64,000 nucleotides of DNA, taken from the sequence record EU863408; one strand, given 5' to 3'. Numbering within the stretch: the first letter of the stretch is position 1; each line of letters begins with the position of its first letter. The DNA is from Escherichia phage JSE. Positions 29,280-38,381 of the stretch are shown here, in pieces. Below the pieces are notes generated by a model. It did no database searches. It was not told the origin of the DNA and saw nothing but the letters and a program-made list of their open reading frames with translations. The position numbers were made by a program, and so were the translations under genes.

Positions 29280-30749
29280 CTATTCCCCATTGCCATTATA
29301 CTTTCTTTGCTTAGTTATCCACACTCTAACCATCTCTACTGATTCACCGTCAGACGGATCAAGAGTTTTTCCTTTTTTCTTCATGCGATACTTAAATCCG
29401 TTAAATCTTGCATTCTCTTGCTCGTTAAAGTCGAACATCTTTTTAAATGATTTTCGCCCTTTACGCTCACCACATTCTAGCGGAATCATTCGGTCTGTTA
29501 TTACATTGGCATTAGGTAGAAACGTTTTTAGATAATCTACCAACGCCCAATCAGGAACATATAGATTAACATTCTCCTTGCTCTCGTTGTCTCTCAGGTT
29601 ACAACGCAAACATAATTGAAATGCTGGTTCCAGATAATCAGACACATGACGCGCTTTCAAAAACTCGTTTGTCGGGAGATCGCAACTATTAGCAAGACCT
29701 TTTAAAATATCAATCTCCCATCGTTGAGGGTTAAAGCTGAACATCACAGCAACATTTTTATGATGAATGTAAGAGTTAAGACCATAAGATCCGTAAGGTA
29801 TCCGCTCACCAATACCATTTGTGCACGCTTCTCGGTCCCGATTCACGGTATAAATGAAGTCATCGCCACATTCATTTTTAACCATATCAACAAGACGTTC
29901 AAAGGTATTGTTTGTTTCTGACTGGTGACGCGACCAGCGTTCGGAGTCAGTCATAAGGATGATGTTAACTCTATCTGTATTTTTATACTCTTTGAAATAT
30001 AGTCTGGATTCTAGCGCACTCGGAACAAAATCGCAATTTGCATAGTATCGTAGATACTTCCCGCTATATGTATCAAAGAGATTTGCACATGCTATCGTAA
30101 CCTTTTTAAAGTCTCCCCACGTACCGTGTTTGTTATCGTTCAAGAAAACAATTTTCGACCCATTCTTCCGGTGTCCTTCGTTATGTTTTACCATAACGTT
30201 GATTTTCTTCTCTAATAACGCCTCATAAAGCCCTCGAAGAGAAGAATCGATCATATCAGTACCATCCTTTGCACTTTCTATCTTTTCTTTGATAGCGGCC
30301 TTCTCAGAGTCTTTTAGAACTAAGTTCTGTAGGCATTCCGATTCGTCGGCGATTGGTTCGCAATGCTTCGTGATAAGTTCAAGATTAGACTTAAACGGAT
30401 ACTCATTAAATTCAACCAGTTGAGGAACTTCATCAATGTAAAGAGCATAATCACCAAACATTTTTGAACGTTCCATATTAGATAACGCTGTATGTGTAAT
30501 GAATATCACATCAGCACCGTCTTTAACTGATTGCATTATCGACGCTTGCACTGTCTTAAGGCTTCTTAGTCTTGTGCTATCGATCAAGACAGCACGACCG
30601 CCCATTCTTTTAAACTTATTGTAAGATTGTTCACTTAAAACACGAGATGGCGAAGCAATAACCGCTTTTTCTTTTGTCTCTAGGACGTGGGAAAGTATAG
30701 CATCAGTTTTCCCCGCCGCTGGCAATGCGATTAATGTTTCAATCTTCAT
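29280..30749 (-). CDS. P-loop NTPase of unknown function (helicase-like Walker A/B)
   Basis: 489 aa; Walker A LPAAGKT near N-terminus; Walker B-like LYIDEVPQ; no match to a T4 core gene that I recognise. Confidence 0.55.
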   Translation of the reverse strand: MKIETLIALPAAGKTDAILSHVLETKEKAVIASPSRVLSEQSYNKFKRMGGRAVLIDSTRLRSLKTVQASIMQSVKDGADVIFITHTALSNMERSKMFGDYALYIDEVPQLVEFNEYPFKSNLELITKHCEPIADESECLQNLVLKDSEKAAIKEKIESAKDGTDMIDSSLRGLYEALLEKKINVMVKHNEGHRKNGSKIVFLNDNKHGTWGDFKKVTIACANLFDTYSGKYLRYYANCDFVPSALESRLYFKEYKNTDRVNIILMTDSERWSRHQSETNNTFERLVDMVKNECGDDFIYTVNRDREACTNGIGERIPYGSYGLNSYIHHKNVAVMFSFNPQRWEIDILKGLANSCDLPTNEFLKARHVSDYLEPAFQLCLRCNLRDNESKENVNLYVPDWALVDYLKTFLPNANVITDRMIPLECGERKGRKSFKKMFDFNEQENARFNGFKYRMKKKGKTLDPSDGESVEMVRVWITKQRKYNGNGE

Positions 30750-31054
30750 TAGAAACCCTTACGTCGTGCTTTCTGGCATTTCTTGATCATTTTATCAGAA
30801 ATTTCGCGCTTAGGTGCAATCTCTTTCACACCGAAAGCACTAATGCCAAATTCAGAGAGAATATATTCAACTAACAATTCACGCACACGCGCTTTACCGA
30901 TATTCACGCCGTTATTTTTCAGATATGTCTGGCCTTCGACTTGCATCAGATCTAAATCTGCGTCGGTAATATTGATTTCTTCCATGCGCCCAAATCGAGA
31001 ATAAACCATGTGTGCGATTGCATTGTGTACTAACATAATATATTCCTCACTCAA
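30749..31054 (-). CDS. hypothetical protein
   Basis: 101-aa ORF, ATGA-coupled. Confidence 0.45.
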   Translation of the reverse strand: MSEEYIMLVHNAIAHMVYSRFGRMEEINITDADLDLMQVEGQTYLKNNGVNIGKARVRELLVEYILSEFGISAFGVKEIAPKREISDKMIKKCQKARRKGF

Positions 31055-31057
31055 GAA

Positions 31058-31216
31058 TTACTTAATGATACTTACTTTACCAGATCCGTGACAATGAGCA
31101 CAACACCCATCACCACGCAATCCTGTTCCGTTACAGTGTTTACACTTCTTCAACGGTAAAGCCATTATAGCAAATAAAGCAATAATGAACACCGAAACTA
31201 AATTCTCAATAATCAT
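31058..31216 (-). CDS. small membrane protein with DnaJ-type zinc finger
   Basis: track ORF 31058-31282; start at ATG 31214-31216 (SD GGGAG); one TM then CKHCNGTG...CAHCHGSG. Confidence 0.45.
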   Translation of the reverse strand: MIIENLVSVFIIALFAIMALPLKKCKHCNGTGLRGDGCCAHCHGSGKVSIIK

Positions 31217-31475
31217 AAATCTCCCTAAGTTCTTTATAGCCTCCAATGTGCTCGTTGTCAATGAATATCTGGGGGTATACAAATCGGAGGCTCTTTGAGT
31301 TCAGCCTCCCCGCCAGTTCTTCAATCATATCACGGTCGGGAATAATGTCAACCCCAACCTGCTTGAATACTGGTTTAAGTGTATACGGAATACCCAGATC
31401 ATCCAGTAGCTTCATTGCACTAATACAACCATAACAATGATAAGCCTCTTTCGGTATGCCGTATATCTCGATCAT
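31206..31475 (-). CDS. nrdH: glutaredoxin-like protein NrdH
   Basis: 89 aa; CYGC active site; YPQIFIDNEHIGGY. Confidence 0.8.
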   Translation of the reverse strand: MIEIYGIPKEAYHCYGCISAMKLLDDLGIPYTLKPVFKQVGVDIIPDRDMIEELAGRLNSKSLRFVYPQIFIDNEHIGGYKELREIYDY

Positions 31476-31948
31476 TTCTCAGCCTTTAATCGTTCTAGTT
31501 CTTCTTCCAGTTCCTTGATCCGTTGGTCACGTTCAAAGTCACGCTGCAACTTAGTGGCGAATACTCGTTTAAACTGATTGTAATCATCGATTTTAAACAC
31601 TTCTTCTTCGCCATAGCGACGTACAGAAACTTCGTAGTTATTGAAGAATTGTTGCATCATTGCTTCGGATGATAGTTCTGCCGATACTACTTTAAAATAT
31701 TGATCTTCTGTAGGCGAAAACCAATTGCAAGCATAAAGATAAACCTTTTCATTGTCTGGACACTGGTAAGCCTTACCATCGATTTCAATCACAGAAACAT
31801 ATTCAGGTATAGTAGATGAATCAATAGCTAAGACTTTAAACGAACGGTCCCCGATAAACTCGGAGATCACACGATTCGCATCACTGGTTGCAAATGCTTT
31901 ACGCGCTTGTTCGTTTTTCCACTGATAGGTCATACCAACAACAAACAT
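31472..31948 (-). CDS. paralog-family protein (WEVGKTY-type repeat, family A)
   Basis: track ORF 31472-31972; start at ATG 31946-31948; shares N-terminal and beta-rich core with next three ORFs. Confidence 0.5.
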   Translation of the reverse strand: MFVVGMTYQWKNEQARKAFATSDANRVISEFIGDRSFKVLAIDSSTIPEYVSVIEIDGKAYQCPDNEKVYLYACNWFSPTEDQYFKVVSAELSSEAMMQQFFNNYEVSVRRYGEEEVFKIDDYNQFKRVFATKLQRDFERDQRIKELEEELERLKAEK

Positions 31949-31949
31949 A

Positions 31950-32774
31950 TTACCAACCTCGCTCTTTACCAATCAAAAATTCAACTTCACGACGTTTAAT
32001 GTCTTCTTGAAGGTCTTTAATCTTCTGGCGATCTTGCATTATTTCGTCCATCTTGTCAAGTGCTGCGATGAAATCATCGAAACGTTCAAAGGTTTTACCT
32101 TCATTTGCTTCGCCAAATTTAACCATTGTCAGGCCGTAACGACTACTAAACAGACGTTTCAACTGTCCAACGATTTTAGAATCAGTGGTTATAACTTCCA
32201 ATTCTTCTACTTCACGAAAGAATTTTCTATCAGAATCAATAAACCAGCTAGTTCCCTTATGGTCGCTATCTTCTGTTGCGCTCATTAGAGTATGGTCTTT
32301 ACCATCAATTTCAATTACATCAATTTGCCCACATGGACTAACATTTTTAACAGTAAAAGGTCTATAATTTATTGCTCGTGCAATAACATAATTAAGGTTA
32401 GATACGTTTTCAGCATAATGGCAGAAGTCTGTCATAGCATTCGCATCTTTCCAAGTATAAGTTTTACCAACTTCCCATTTCTGGGGAACTTCTTCAACTT
32501 CACGAAAGAATTTTCTATCAAATGGACTAAAGAAATATGTTGCAGTCCAAATGTCTTTTCCTGTAGCAGTTTTCGCCGTATGATAAACACCGTCTAGCTC
32601 TATTGCATCAATCCAACCGTTACCCTCGATCTCGATGATGGTAAATGGCTTGTCACCAATAGCTGCACTAATATCGCTGTTAAGTGGAGAAAGAACACCT
32701 TCTCCGTTAGTAATAAACTCAGTTTTAGCGTTTTCGTCTTTCCAGGTGTAAGTTTTACCAATTTCCCATTTCAT
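31950..32774 (-). CDS. paralog-family protein with two tandem repeat modules (family A)
   Basis: 274 aa; MKWEIGKTYTWKDENAKTEF and QKWEVGKTYTWKDANAMTDF each followed by ...IDVIEIDGK... Confidence 0.55.
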   Translation of the reverse strand: MKWEIGKTYTWKDENAKTEFITNGEGVLSPLNSDISAAIGDKPFTIIEIEGNGWIDAIELDGVYHTAKTATGKDIWTATYFFSPFDRKFFREVEEVPQKWEVGKTYTWKDANAMTDFCHYAENVSNLNYVIARAINYRPFTVKNVSPCGQIDVIEIDGKDHTLMSATEDSDHKGTSWFIDSDRKFFREVEELEVITTDSKIVGQLKRLFSSRYGLTMVKFGEANEGKTFERFDDFIAALDKMDEIMQDRQKIKDLQEDIKRREVEFLIGKERGW

Positions 32775-32786
32775 AATATATTCCCC

Positions 32787-33251
32787 TTAACCGATTTTAT
32801 CAAGTTCGTTTAATGCTTTCTCTGCTTCCTGTATAGCTTGCACCCTTTCCGGCATTTTGTCAAGAAAATCTTTCAACTCTTCAAAACTGGAGATATGACG
32901 CAAGGCGTTAGCACCGATAGCCGCATGTGATTTGCATTCAAAGCGGATTTTATAATTATCCATCGCCAATTTGAGAAGATCAATTAATTTAGATTCTTCT
33001 GGAATAATAATTTCTTCAAATCTGCTACGGTCATGATCCAGAAACCAACAAGATAGACCTACATCGGTTGAACTCATATAAGTTCCATCATGAAGATAAA
33101 CAGACCGCACGTATCCTTTTTTCGCATCAACCGACGCAACTTTAAACGGTAATCTCAGATATTTCAAATAATCAACATCATACCATTTAAAAAATTGGTT
33201 TGCATCTTTTACATCTTTCCACGCATAGGTCTTACCAACTTCCCATTTCAT
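32787..33251 (-). CDS. paralog-family protein (family A)
   Basis: track ORF 32787-33266; start MKWEVGKTYAWKD at 33249-33251. Confidence 0.55.
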   Translation of the reverse strand: MKWEVGKTYAWKDVKDANQFFKWYDVDYLKYLRLPFKVASVDAKKGYVRSVYLHDGTYMSSTDVGLSCWFLDHDRSRFEEIIIPEESKLIDLLKLAMDNYKIRFECKSHAAIGANALRHISSFEELKDFLDKMPERVQAIQEAEKALNELDKIG

Positions 33252-33255
33252 AATA

Positions 33256-33783
33256 TCATCTCTCATTTTTGATACGTGATTCTAATTGGATCATACGGTC
33301 GCGCGTTTGCTTGTATTCGCGGATAGCACCGATCCGGCTAGGCATACCATCAAGCACGCTCTTAATACCTTCTAGGGTAGTAATTTTGGCAATGCTATTA
33401 TGTAACCCCATCTTATCGATCAACTGAATGTCGTAGGCTTCCATAAGCAGACCCAGGCGTTCTAAAGTTAGGTCTTCTTCTTTTTCTTCCGATTCTGGAA
33501 TCTTAGGTTCAATAGTAACTTCGGTAAAGAAACGACGCTCACCCGACCAAAACCACACACCGGAACAGCCAATAGGGGATTCTTTTAACGTCATAGAGTC
33601 GAAATTACTACCAATAATAGTAATTTCTCTAACATCACCATCATCGTCAAGGTCTTCTACCCTAAACGGGCGACCAGCCAACAAGTCCACAATACATCTG
33701 TTAATAGACGACGAAAATTTAGTCAGTTCGGCTTTCGACGCTTCGCATTCAATCTTGTAAGTTTTACCAACTTCCCATTCCAT
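33256..33783 (-). CDS. paralog-family protein (family A)
   Basis: track ORF 33256-33792; start MEWEVGKTYKIE at 33781-33783 with SD GAGGTG. Confidence 0.55.
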   Translation of the reverse strand: MEWEVGKTYKIECEASKAELTKFSSSINRCIVDLLAGRPFRVEDLDDDGDVREITIIGSNFDSMTLKESPIGCSGVWFWSGERRFFTEVTIEPKIPESEEKEEDLTLERLGLLMEAYDIQLIDKMGLHNSIAKITTLEGIKSVLDGMPSRIGAIREYKQTRDRMIQLESRIKNER

Positions 33784-33793
33784 AATAATCACC

Positions 33794-34297
33794 TCAAATA
33801 ATTTTCACTGGAATACTATTAACAATCTTGTATTGTACTTGATTGTCAGACCCCCGCCACGGCTTCTTCGTTGGCATATCTTTAATATAACGCCCATCGA
33901 TGAACATGTCAACTGATTCTACAATTTTTCTTTGCTCATCATTCAATTGGTCAAGGGTATAACCGGACCATAGCCAAATATCTTTATTTGGCATCCATGA
34001 TTTTACTTCATCGATGATCCGCTGTACACCCTTTAAATTGCGTTTATACAACGGATCACCACCTAAGAATGTTAGCCCCTGAATAAAATCAGGTCTAAGC
34101 AGATCCAGAATCAATCCCATTGTATCATCGGTGAATGGTTCCCCGTTCTTAGGATTGAGTAGGCTAGCATTAAAGCAACCATCACATGCGTGTGAACATC
34201 CGGTAACGTAAAGGGAGACTCTCACTCCCTCACCGTTAACCATATCACAATCTTTAATATCGGCATAGCGTAGTTTGCCGTATGTATCAGAACTCAT
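33794..34297 (-). CDS. nrdG: anaerobic ribonucleotide reductase activating protein (radical SAM)
   Basis: track ORF 33794-34303; CSHACDGC radical-SAM cluster motif. Confidence 0.85.
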   Translation of the reverse strand: MSSDTYGKLRYADIKDCDMVNGEGVRVSLYVTGCSHACDGCFNASLLNPKNGEPFTDDTMGLILDLLRPDFIQGLTFLGGDPLYKRNLKGVQRIIDEVKSWMPNKDIWLWSGYTLDQLNDEQRKIVESVDMFIDGRYIKDMPTKKPWRGSDNQVQYKIVNSIPVKII

Positions 34298-34439
34298 ATT
34301 CAATTACCCCGAACTCGTTTACAATCTGCGCTTTATAGTAACCACCGCGAGATGCTAATAGATAAGCTGGGCTTAGGTATTCGTATTCACGGATTTCTAC
34401 TTGTGCGTTTTCAGTTTCCCAAATCAGTAAAGTCCACAT
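34287..34439 (-). CDS. small hypothetical protein (50 aa)
   Basis: track ORF 34287-34514 trimmed to ATG 34437-34439 downstream of promoter; AGGAGAATCAAAT-ATG. Confidence 0.45.
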   Translation of the reverse strand: MWTLLIWETENAQVEIREYEYLSPAYLLASRGGYYKAQIVNEFGVIEYEF

Positions 34440-34481
34440 ATTTGATTCTCCTGTAAAGTTGTATCTCGTCTTGATGAATAT

Positions 34482-34510
34482 AGTATAGGGGATCTCGCGA
34501 TCCCCGTCAA
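34482..34510 (-). promoter_or_regulatory. sigma70-type early promoter (PeSL-like)
   Basis: minus strand TTGACG, 17-nt spacer GGGATC-GCGA-GATCCC, TATACT. Confidence 0.55.
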
Positions 34511-34514
34511 GCAT

Positions 34515-35069
34515 TTATTTAAATTTTTCGAGAGATTTCAACCACAGGCGGCCTGGTAGGTACTCTCCGGCAAACATGAAATTGTCATCTGGATAAGAAC
34601 GCAGCATATTCAAAATAAACTTCCGGCACTCTTCGTAATCTTTACGTTTAAGATAAATCACATTCTCGCCAGTACCGATCACACCTTTTCTGTATCCATG
34701 CTCTTTACGCACAGACCATTGTACAGTATCTTTTTTAACCCGAATCACAACAGGTTCCCAATACCCAGCGCATCCGGCTACACCACACGAACAGGTGAGG
34801 AAGTATTGACCTTTTGCTTTGTTTTCCTCCCACCCGATATTAACCGGATGCCATTCGTGAAACAAGGCTAAAGCATCGTGTGTCTCTTCGATCTGTTTAT
34901 TGTCAATTCTTACCGTAACCATCCATACAGGGATCTTATTTGTTGGTTCATCATCATAACATGAATCATCATCAATATGTTCTAATGTCATGTCAACATT
35001 AATTGATTTTGCGTGTTCCATGTGTCGTTGTGCTTTACGCTTACGATTCAATAATTTAGACATATTCAC
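34515..35069 (-). CDS. hypothetical protein
   Basis: 184-aa ORF; Cys cluster CSCGVAGCAG. Confidence 0.5.
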   Translation of the reverse strand: MNMSKLLNRKRKAQRHMEHAKSINVDMTLEHIDDDSCYDDEPTNKIPVWMVTVRIDNKQIEETHDALALFHEWHPVNIGWEENKAKGQYFLTCSCGVAGCAGYWEPVVIRVKKDTVQWSVRKEHGYRKGVIGTGENVIYLKRKDYEECRKFILNMLRSYPDDNFMFAGEYLPGRLWLKSLEKFK

Positions 35070-35075
35070 CTCACA

Positions 35076-35612
35076 TTATAAACGAAATTGTACGCCATCA
35101 AAATGAGAACTTGCATTACAGCTATTATAGATAATAAATCCTGTATCTGGCGCTTGTACTACAAATTGACTTGCATTAACAGCGGCAACAGTAAAAATAC
35201 GATCCGTGAGACTATGTTTAATTTCTGTCCCAACTTCCAATGGGATGTACTCTTCCTCTTCGACCCCAACACCAAAACAGCCTTCTTCATGGTACGCCTG
35301 AATCTTTTTATCACAATTACACAGTTTAGCAAAATCAAGCGTATACAATTCACGAGAGTTGTCGGTATAAACCAACACAGATTGATTATGATAGCGAATC
35401 ACATACAGGTTATTATCTTCGTCAACGACACAAAAACTACGGATTTGTGTGCCTTCGCCTTTACTCCAGCAGATATTAACAACCGTTCCCATAATAAAGA
35501 AACTTTCTTTTGTACCAAAGCTAGCCAGTGTGCTAGCGTGCATTTTAACAACTACACCATCACCAATTTCTAACTTGCGAATTTTAATTTCTTTATTCAA
35601 TATACAAAACAT
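35076..35612 (-). CDS. hypothetical protein
   Basis: track ORF 35076-35645; start at ATG 35610-35612 (SD AGAGAGGA) downstream of promoter. Confidence 0.5.
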   Translation of the reverse strand: MFCILNKEIKIRKLEIGDGVVVKMHASTLASFGTKESFFIMGTVVNICWSKGEGTQIRSFCVVDEDNNLYVIRYHNQSVLVYTDNSRELYTLDFAKLCNCDKKIQAYHEEGCFGVGVEEEEYIPLEVGTEIKHSLTDRIFTVAAVNASQFVVQAPDTGFIIYNSCNASSHFDGVQFRL

Positions 35613-35633
35613 AATGTTGTCCTCTCTTGTTTT

Positions 35634-35661
35634 CGATGTGAGCATTATACACGAGCTAATC
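35634..35661 (-). promoter_or_regulatory. sigma70-type early promoter
   Basis: minus strand TTGACA, 16-nt spacer, TATAAT. Confidence 0.55.
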
Positions 35662-35667
35662 CGGTTG

Positions 35668-35699
35668 TCAACACCCCAAAACGAAAAAGCCGACCCTTT
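35668..35699 (-). terminator. intrinsic terminator after nrdD
   Basis: minus RNA hairpin CGAUCC-GAAA-GGGUCG then GCUUUUUCGUUUU. Confidence 0.55.
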
Positions 35700-35714
35700 C
35701 GGATCGACTAAAAA

Positions 35715-36707
35715 TTACATGTGCTTAACGCGGTTTACCATCTCGGAGTGTTTCCCGTGGTTAAATGGACGCAGATCAACAGATCCAAGATATCCACTAA
35801 CGCGACGGATAACATTCATCTTTTCCAGATTGTCATTTCCGCAATCAGGGCAAACAAAACCAGACTCGGTCGCTCTCATTTCCTTATTAGATCCGCATAC
35901 ATGACATACATCAGAAGGAGTATTAACACCGAAGTAGTGCAATTTATCCATTGCATAGTCTACTACAGTTTCAAGACCTTTCAGGTTGTTTTTCATGTCT
36001 GGGAACTCAACATAAGAGATCATGCCACCGGACGCCAGCCAGTGATAATCTTTCTCAAAGTCGATTTTCTCAAATGGTGTGACTTTCCGGTCTACGTCAA
36101 GGTGGAATGAGTTGGTGTACCAGTCTTTATCGGTAGCACCCTTAACAATACCAAATTGCTCTCTGTCCAGTCGATTAAATCGATAGCAAAGGCTCTCGGC
36201 TGGCGTACCGTAAAGACTAAACCCAAGTCCGGTTTCGTCCTTCCATTTTTCAGTATAATGACGCAAGATCTTAAGAATATGTTTACCGTATCGCTGCGCA
36301 TCTTCCGAATCAAACGGATGAACACCAAACAGGACGCTCAATACCTCATGTAAACCAATATATCCAAGAGAGATACTAGCGCGACCATCTTTCAGCACTT
36401 CCAAAATTTCATCGTTTTGATGAATACGGAAAAATGCACCTTCTGTATACAGTACAGGAGCAACATTGGCTTTAGCCCCTTTTAAAGCGTCTACGCGACT
36501 CATAAGCGCATCAAAGCAAATAGGCATACGATTAGCTAGCTCTTGTTCGAATAGCTCAATTCTGCGCATTACAGACGCTTTACCAGCACGACGCGCGGCA
36601 ATAAGAGCAATACGCGGAAGATTCAGAGTCACAACACCCAAGTTATTACGTCCGTCTAATACTTCCTCGCCTTTCTCGTTATGCCACACACCCAGGAAAC
36701 TTCTACA
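35715..36707 (-). CDS. nrdD: anaerobic ribonucleotide reductase NrdD, exon 2
   Basis: 330 aa starting CRSFLGVW; glycyl-radical motif RVSGYLG; C-terminal CxxC...CxxC. Confidence 0.85.
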   Translation of the reverse strand, partial: CRSFLGVWHNEKGEEVLDGRNNLGVVTLNLPRIALIAARRAGKASVMRRIELFEQELANRMPICFDALMSRVDALKGAKANVAPVLYTEGAFFRIHQNDEILEVLKDGRASISLGYIGLHEVLSVLFGVHPFDSEDAQRYGKHILKILRHYTEKWKDETGLGFSLYGTPAESLCYRFNRLDREQFGIVKGATDKDWYTNSFHLDVDRKVTPFEKIDFEKDYHWLASGGMISYVEFPDMKNNLKGLETVVDYAMDKLHYFGVNTPSDVCHVCGSNKEMRATESGFVCPDCGNDNLEKMNVIRRVSGYLGSVDLRPFNHGKHSEMVNRVKHM

Positions 36708-37467
36708 CATTATTTGTTCAGGGTAGGTCGCTAATCTACCCCCGCCTTTCGGCTGCTACATGTCGCCATGCAGATCAGACTATATCTTCTATCTTTCGAT
36801 AGTCTACCATTTCGGATCGCTTGATCCTACGCCGCTACATTCATCACGGCTAGTCGTTAGGCATTTCATAGCGGAACTCATATTCATAAGTATTGGTTTT
36901 TCTACCATCAAGAATTGCAGATACATTTTTACGATGCAAGCCCAATGTTTCAGAAAGACTTCTCACGCTTTTAAATGTCTGCTCTTGTCCGGTTTCTTTA
37001 TGGATCGCAGTAACCTTATATGAACGACGTTTGAACTTATAGCACCCGTTTTCGTAACCTTCTTTCGTGTTTTCGCTGTTAGTCCCCCACTCAAGGTTAG
37101 ATGCATCGTTTATAGTTTTATCGTCGTTTTTATGTTTCACATATCGATAGCCGTTAGGATTCGGAATCCAACATTCAGCCACAATAACATGAACACGCAA
37201 ACATAAAGGTTTCTTGTCTCTCCTTACCCTTACTAATGTATATCCGGTATTGTTTTCTATCCAGGTACTCAACTGTTTACCTTTAGGAGAAAACACCCGT
37301 CCATCTTTCGATACCATATATTCGGTATCACGAATTTTTCTAAGTTCCATAATATATCCTCTTATACACATTGGCGTAAAGAGAATATGACCGCTATGTT
37401 TAGCACGGGATTGTCTTCTAGAGAGTTCCCCCGTTTAGGCAGATTTTAGATGAGCTGTTTAAAGTTT
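36708..37467 (-). mobile_element. group I intron in nrdD carrying an HNH homing endonuclease gene
   Basis: exon 1 ends ...SPMG (GGGU|); intron AAACUUUAAAC...GGGGGAACUCUCUAGAAGACAAUCCCGUGCUAAA...CUGAACAAAUAAUG|; cores CCUAACGACUAG and GAUAUAGUCUGAUCUGCAUGG shared with the gene 43 intron. Confidence 0.8.
36850..37350 (-). CDS. intron-encoded HNH homing endonuclease (NUMOD4/HNH_3 with IENR1-like tail)
   Basis: track ORF 36850-37371; start MELRK at 37348-37350 with SD AAGAGGA; HVIVAECWIPNPNGYRYVKHKNDDKTINDASNLEWGT; stop overlaps intron core. Confidence 0.8.
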   Translation of the reverse strand: MELRKIRDTEYMVSKDGRVFSPKGKQLSTWIENNTGYTLVRVRRDKKPLCLRVHVIVAECWIPNPNGYRYVKHKNDDKTINDASNLEWGTNSENTKEGYENGCYKFKRRSYKVTAIHKETGQEQTFKSVRSLSETLGLHRKNVSAILDGRKTNTYEYEFRYEMPND

Positions 37468-38337
37468 ACCCATCGGGCTAACCGGAACACTAGATCCAGT
37501 GATGCTACGGTTATTCTTCGCAGAGATATAATCAGGGTAAAGACGCTTACTAGAACATTCCAATGCAAGTTGCTTAATGTCGTAGTTCGGATCTTCCGGT
37601 TTAAGGTTTAATCCTTCTTCTAAGAACATCACCAGCTTAGGAAACACCGGAGTTATACCGTCTTTACCTAAACCTTTAGTTCGAACTTTCAGGATCGCTT
37701 TCTGAATCAGTTTTTCTTCCCAGCTAGTACCCATACCAAAGGTTAAAGTCACAAAAGGTGTTTGACCGTTGGTAGAGAACAAAGTGTTGATCTCATATTC
37801 CAACGCCTGATATCCGTCTAACGTTTCTTTTTCTGTTTTCTCTTGTGCATAGAGAGTATCAGCTTTGATTCCGTAGGTTTCGGCATCAGCAAGGTGTTTA
37901 TGATATGTTTTCTTAACATACGGCGCTAACACCTGGTCGATGTTTGCAATTGTGGTCCCGCCATATTGATGACTTGCCACCTGTGCGATAATTTGAGCGG
38001 TTACAGCACATGCAACACCGATCGATTTAGGACTTTCGATTTGTGCGCTACCCAATTTAAAACCATTCTCTAACATGTCTTTGAGATTAACAAGACAGCA
38101 GTTAGTAAACGGCATAGCTGGTGCATAATCCATATCATGATAATGAATATCACCGTCTACATGCGCTTTATAGATGTGCTCAGGTAACACGGTTTTAGCA
38201 ATATGTTTAGACACAGCGCCAGCAATCAGATCTCGACGTGTCGGGAATGTTCGCGCGTCTTTGTTCGCGTTCTCTTTGCTTACTTCGTTTTCTTTACCCG
38301 TTGCGATCTCTGTAATGTCTTTGATTAGTTTTTCCAT
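37468..38337 (-). CDS. nrdD: anaerobic ribonucleotide reductase NrdD, exon 1
   Basis: 290 codons ending ...SSVPVSPMG; in-frame stop 2 codons into the intron; joins to CRSFL of exon 2. Confidence 0.85.
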
Positions 38338-38350
38338 TGTATCACCTATG

Positions 38351-38371
38351 AAAAAGCGGGATTTCTCCCGC
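38351..38371 (-). terminator. terminator-like hairpin before nrdD start
   Basis: minus RNA GCGGGA-GAAA-UCCCGC then UUUUUC. Confidence 0.45.
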
Positions 38372-38381
38372 TCGTTGATAG

